Source of the DNA: Thermodesulfobacteriota bacterium
GTDB taxonomy: Bacteria; Desulfobacterota; Desulfobacteria; Desulfobacterales; SURF-7
Direction: 5' to 3'
DNA length: 64,000 nucleotides
Assembly: GCA_049320885.1 (NCBI GenBank)
Contig: JBMORA010000047.1
Span: 1 to 64,000, forward strand
A program made the translations under genes and the position numbers. Shown here in pieces: positions 60,204-64,000 of the stretch (its first letter is position 1; each line of letters begins with the position of its first letter). The notes beneath the pieces were generated by a model. The model did no database searches. It had not been told where the DNA came from and worked only from the letters and a program-made list of their open reading frames with translations.

Positions 60204-62084
60204 ATGAAGCAGATGGGAGCGATGCTGCTCACCCGGGAGAGCTTCTCGGAGATCGTAATGGGGAACACGGCCATTGTAAGGGCCATGGTGGAAGCGGGGA
60301 CCCGGGTGGTGACTTCCTATCCCGGATCGCCGACACCGGAAATCGCCGACGCCATCGGCTCGATTCCCCGGAAGGACCGACCTTTTTACTTCGAGTTTTC
60401 CACCAACGAGAAGGTCGCCACGGAAGTGGCCTACGGCGCGGCGGTGAACGGACGCCAGGCGGCCGTATTTTTCAAAAGCGTGGGACTCAACGTCGCGGCG
60501 GATACCTTTGTGCAGCTGAGCATGATGAATATCATCGGCGGCCTGGTGGTGATAGTGGGGGATGATCCGGGAGCCAATTCCTCCCAGAACGAGCAGGACA
60601 ATCGCCACTATGCCCGGATGAGCTATATGCCGGTGCTGGAGCCGGCCGATCCCGGGGAGGTGTACCGTTTTTACCTGTCGGCCGCCGCCCTGTCACGGCA
60701 GAAACAGATGCCCGTGATGCTGCGGCTGACCACCCATGTGTGCCACGCCAAGCAGCGCGTCGCTTTCGGTTCCTACCGGCCGGAACAGCCGGACGATACC
60801 CCCCGTTTCAGCGCCGTAAACGGCCCCTACGTGCCCATCGCGGCGGATGTGTTCCCCAAGAAACGCAAGGCCTTGAAGAGCCTTGCGGAAGTCGCGGCCA
60901 TGACGGAAACGGCGGATTGGAACCGGGTGGTGGACAACGGCAATCCGGATTACGGCGTCATCACCATGGGGCTGCCGTTCCTGTCCCTGATGGAAGTGAT
61001 ATCCACCGGGACTTTCCGGCCGGATATCCTCAAACTCGGAATGATCCATCCGGCGCCGCGCCGCCTCATGGAAGATTTCCTGAGCCGCCACCGGGAAGTG
61101 AAAATCCTGGAGGAGCTGGACGATGTGCTGGAGAAGGAAGCGAAGGCCGTCGCCTTTGACGCCGGTCTCCGGTTGAACATCATCGGGAAGACCGATCCGG
61201 AGGACTGGGTGGGCGAATATACTCCCGACAAGGTCCGGCAGGTGCTCCAGGCAGCCTGGCCGGACCTGGCGCCTTTTCGTCCGGAGGCTCCGGCGGCGCG
61301 TCCCCAGGTGCCGGCCCGCCCGCCCCAGATGTGCCCGGGATGCGGTCACCGCAGCGCCTTTCACGCCATCAAGCAGGCGTTGTCCGGTTCCGAAATCACC
61401 GTGGCGGATATCGGCTGCCATACCCTGGGATACCTGCCCCCCTACCGGGTGGGGGAACTGCTGATGTGCATGGGGGCTTCCACGGGCATGGGCGCGGGGC
61501 TGTCCCTCTTCAACGACACCCGCCGGGTGGTGGCCTTCCTGGGCGATTCGACCTTTTTCCACGCCGGTTTGCCCGGCGTGATCAACGCCCTCTTCAACAA
61601 CCACCGGCTGACGCTGATCGTGATGGAAAACGGCACCACGGCCATGACCGGCCACCAGGACCACGCGGGGTCGGGAAGGAATTTCAACCATGCCACCGAC
61701 CGGATTCCCGTGCGGCGGCTCCTCGAGGGCCTGGGCGTCCGTCATATTTTCGAGGCCGACACCTACCAGCAGGCCAAGCTGACGGATCTGGTCCGGCAGG
61801 CCCTTTCCGTGGACGGATTCAGCGTGGTCATCGCCCGGCATCCCTGCATGCTGAAATTCATGCGCGAGCAGCGCCGCCGGCCGGATTTCAAAAGCCGCCG
61901 GGTGGCGGTGGATCAGGAAAAGTGCCGGCGGTTGCATACCTGCGTGGAAGAGTTCGCCTGTCCGACCTTTACCCGGGCCGCGGACGGCGCGGTGACCATC
62001 CATCCGGACCTGTGCATCGGTGACGGTTCCTGCCGCCAGACCTGTAAGGCGGAGGCCGTCGTTGGTCCGGAAACGGTTGCGTGA
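60204..62084 (+). CDS. iorA: Indolepyruvate:ferredoxin oxidoreductase alpha subunit
   Basis: YPGSP, NEKVA.E, GLNVAAD, SSQNEQD.R, RPP.MCPGCGHR, DIGC, GDSTFFH, C-terminal ferredoxin. Confidence 0.93.
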   Translation: MKQMGAMLLTRESFSEIVMGNTAIVRAMVEAGTRVVTSYPGSPTPEIADAIGSIPRKDRPFYFEFSTNEKVATEVAYGAAVNGRQAAVFFKSVGLNVAADTFVQLSMMNIIGGLVVIVGDDPGANSSQNEQDNRHYARMSYMPVLEPADPGEVYRFYLSAAALSRQKQMPVMLRLTTHVCHAKQRVAFGSYRPEQPDDTPRFSAVNGPYVPIAADVFPKKRKALKSLAEVAAMTETADWNRVVDNGNPDYGVITMGLPFLSLMEVISTGTFRPDILKLGMIHPAPRRLMEDFLSRHREVKILEELDDVLEKEAKAVAFDAGLRLNIIGKTDPEDWVGEYTPDKVRQVLQAAWPDLAPFRPEAPAARPQVPARPPQMCPGCGHRSAFHAIKQALSGSEITVADIGCHTLGYLPPYRVGELLMCMGASTGMGAGLSLFNDTRRVVAFLGDSTFFHAGLPGVINALFNNHRLTLIVMENGTTAMTGHQDHAGSGRNFNHATDRIPVRRLLEGLGVRHIFEADTYQQAKLTDLVRQALSVDGFSVVIARHPCMLKFMREQRRRPDFKSRRVAVDQEKCRRLHTCVEEFACPTFTRAADGAVTIHPDLCIGDGSCRQTCKAEAVVGPETVA

Positions 62085-62100
62085 AGCCAAGGAGATCGTC

Positions 62101-62703
62101 ATGGAGACCTTCAATATCCATTTGACCGGAGTGGGCGGCCAGGGAATCGGCCTGCTCAGCGAAGTGATTTTGCGGGCGGCGGATCATGCCGGCCATGATG
62201 TCAAGGGCGTGGACACCCATGGCCTGGCCCAGCGGGGCGGCATCGTCGTCTCCCAGATCCGCATCGGCAAGACCGTGTTCTCACCGCTCATCCCGGCCGG
62301 AACCGCCGACCTGGTCATCGCCCTGGAACGTCACGAGGCACTCCGGGGTCTGAACGGCATGTTGCGGGACGGGGGCGTCCTGATCTATTACAATACCGTC
62401 TGGCAGCCGCTGGAAGTGCGGCTCGGGCAGGCCGGGGAAGCCGGCCTGGAAGTCATTGCCGCGGAGTGCGCGAAACGTTCCGTCACGGAGTATCGCGTCC
62501 TGGATCCGTCCCTGGTGGACGCCCGGATGCAGAACATGGCGATCCTGGCGGTGGTGGCCGAAAAGCGCTTGATCCCCGGCCTGGACGAAGGGCATTTCGA
62601 AAAGGCCATGGAGGATCTCATGGGTTCCGCCATGCTGGAAAAGAACCGCCGGGTGTTCCGGTCTTCCGTCACTCGGGCCAGTATTTCTGCTTGTCCCGTC
62701 TGA
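62101..62703 (+). CDS. iorB: Indolepyruvate oxidoreductase beta subunit
   Basis: GVGGQG, HGLAQRGG.V; follows iorA. Confidence 0.9.
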   Translation: METFNIHLTGVGGQGIGLLSEVILRAADHAGHDVKGVDTHGLAQRGGIVVSQIRIGKTVFSPLIPAGTADLVIALERHEALRGLNGMLRDGGVLIYYNTVWQPLEVRLGQAGEAGLEVIAAECAKRSVTEYRVLDPSLVDARMQNMAILAVVAEKRLIPGLDEGHFEKAMEDLMGSAMLEKNRRVFRSSVTRASISACPV

Positions 62704-63415
62704 TGCGTTTTTTGTCGCGCTTCCAGGAACCGGCCTTTTCCTTGCCGCGTTCCTTTTTGGCGGCCGGATCCTTCATGATGTCGAGGAGGAAGCTGCCCGG
62801 CGTTTTCCGTTTTTCGGCCTCCTCGTCCGGCTTTTTCTTCGGGGCGGCCTCCGGCTTCGGTTTGGGCAGGGGCGGGCCGCTGAAACAACCCGGGGCGATG
62901 CGGTCGGTGGTGAAAAGGGTTTCGCCTTCCGAATGAAATACCGCGCCTTTTTCCATCGCCTGCTGGACATGGACGGTCAGGATCACCGGAGACGGCTCCC
63001 GCCTTCCGGCCATGCGCTGGGCCATGATCGGGTCGGTGGCCAAAATCACCCGGGCATGGCGGGTGGGGAAAATGCCTTTTTCCAGGACCACGGGATAGGA
63101 TTTGCGGGTGACGCCGGTGTACAACAGCTTCGGCGGATCCTGGGTGCAGGCGCCTTCATGAAGGTGCCCGCGCTGGACCGCGCGGATGCGCCGGCCGTCC
63201 GTTTCCACGGGGGGCCGGGGAACGGTCAGCAGGATTTCGGTGATGGATGCCTGGCGCACATGACGAAAGCCCTCTTCCTCGGCGACGGCCTGGAGCAGAT
63301 CCCTGACCGGGATCCAGCCGTCGGCGTCCAACACCAGACCGAACTCGTCCGGTCTGCGTCCCAGGATATATTCCAATAACTTGGCAAGCTGCGCGGCAGA
63401 TTTCGGATTTCCCAT
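62669..63415 (-). CDS. KptA/Tpt1 (RNA 2'-phosphotransferase)-like protein with degenerate catalytic motifs
   Basis: L.YILGRRPDEFGL.LD.DGW, IRA, PP.LLY, VILTV, G..F, IAP scaffold; basic C-terminal tail. Confidence 0.72.
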   Translation of the reverse strand: MGNPKSAAQLAKLLEYILGRRPDEFGLVLDADGWIPVRDLLQAVAEEEGFRHVRQASITEILLTVPRPPVETDGRRIRAVQRGHLHEGACTQDPPKLLYTGVTRKSYPVVLEKGIFPTRHARVILATDPIMAQRMAGRREPSPVILTVHVQQAMEKGAVFHSEGETLFTTDRIAPGCFSGPPLPKPKPEAAPKKKPDEEAEKRKTPGSFLLDIMKDPAAKKERGKEKAGSWKRDKKRIRRDKQKYWPE

Positions 63416-63574
63416 GGATGAAGTCCGGTTCATGGTTTCTGGGTTGGTGACAGGGCCTTCGGGTTGACGTCGCCCGGAAAAGCATGTATGCAGCCCTTAC
63501 TGACAATCAAACCGTTCCAACGCGAAAAAGTCAATACCGACTCGCTTCGATTGCGCGGAAAAAGGATGGGGGAC

Positions 63575-64000
63575 ATGAAACACGATAGATCGCGACAGCT
63601 GTTCGAGAAAGCCCAGACCCTGATCCCCGGCGGCGTGAACAGCCCGGTGCGGGCCTGCCGGTCGGTGGGGGCGGCGCCGCTGTTTATCCACCGGGGTGAA
63701 GGCGCTTATCTGTTCGACGCCGACGGCAACCGGTACATCGATTATATCGGCTCCTGGGGCCCCATGATTCTGGGGCATCGCCATCCGGAAGTGCTGGAAG
63801 CCCTTCACGAGGTCCTTCTGCGGGGCACCAGTTTCGGGGCTCCCACGGATCTGGAAGTGGAACTGGCCCGGATGGTCGTTGCGGCGGTGCCCTCCATGGA
63901 AATGGTGCGGATGGTCAATTCCGGCACCGAGGCGGCCATGAGCGCCATCCGCCTGGCCCGCGGGTATACGGGCCGGGACAAAATCATCAAATTCGACGGC
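63575..64000 (+). CDS. hemL: Glutamate-1-semialdehyde 2,1-aminomutase (5' part, runs off the window)
   Basis: Translated by hand: [66 protein letters not shown]; missing from the ORF track because it is truncated. Confidence 0.96.
   Translation, partial: MKHDRSRQLFEKAQTLIPGGVNSPVRACRSVGAAPLFIHRGEGAYLFDADGNRYIDYIGSWGPMILGHRHPEVLEALHEVLLRGTSFGAPTDLEVELARMVVAAVPSMEMVRMVNSGTEAAMSAIRLARGYTGRDKIIKFDG

Overview
GC-rich chromosomal window from an anaerobic deltaproteobacterium (Desulfobacterales-like, inferred from gene content and the tmRNA tag ADDYNYALAA). Most of it is housekeeping, envelope, redox or signalling: ssrA-smpB-ptsI-ptsH, lemA plus an M48 protease, queF, a fadH-like gene with marR, asd, lpoA-waaA-pilin, pfkA, kdsD, a CoA transferase, a SWIM-SNF2 helicase, glpR with a GlpSTPQUV-type glycerol ABC transporter, two MCPs, two hybrid kinases, iorAB and the start of hemL. 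I found no integrase, transposase, prophage or CRISPR array. The strongest unannotated signals are: (1) a candidate sigma54/IHF-driven ~77-nt small RNA with an anti-Shine-Dalgarno seed and its own terminator (41030-41106, minus strand); (2) a sensory cluster where one duplicated periplasmic sensor is fused to two different MCP signalling classes, facing a hybrid kinase and two orphan binding proteins; (3) a perfect 20-bp inverted repeat around the promoter of an apparently leaderless AAA+/DUF4143 gene; (4) a PEP-CTERM gene whose 5' leader matches its own terminator arm; (5) a catalytically degenerate Tpt1/KptA homologue. All calls come from reading motifs by eye; no database searches were run.
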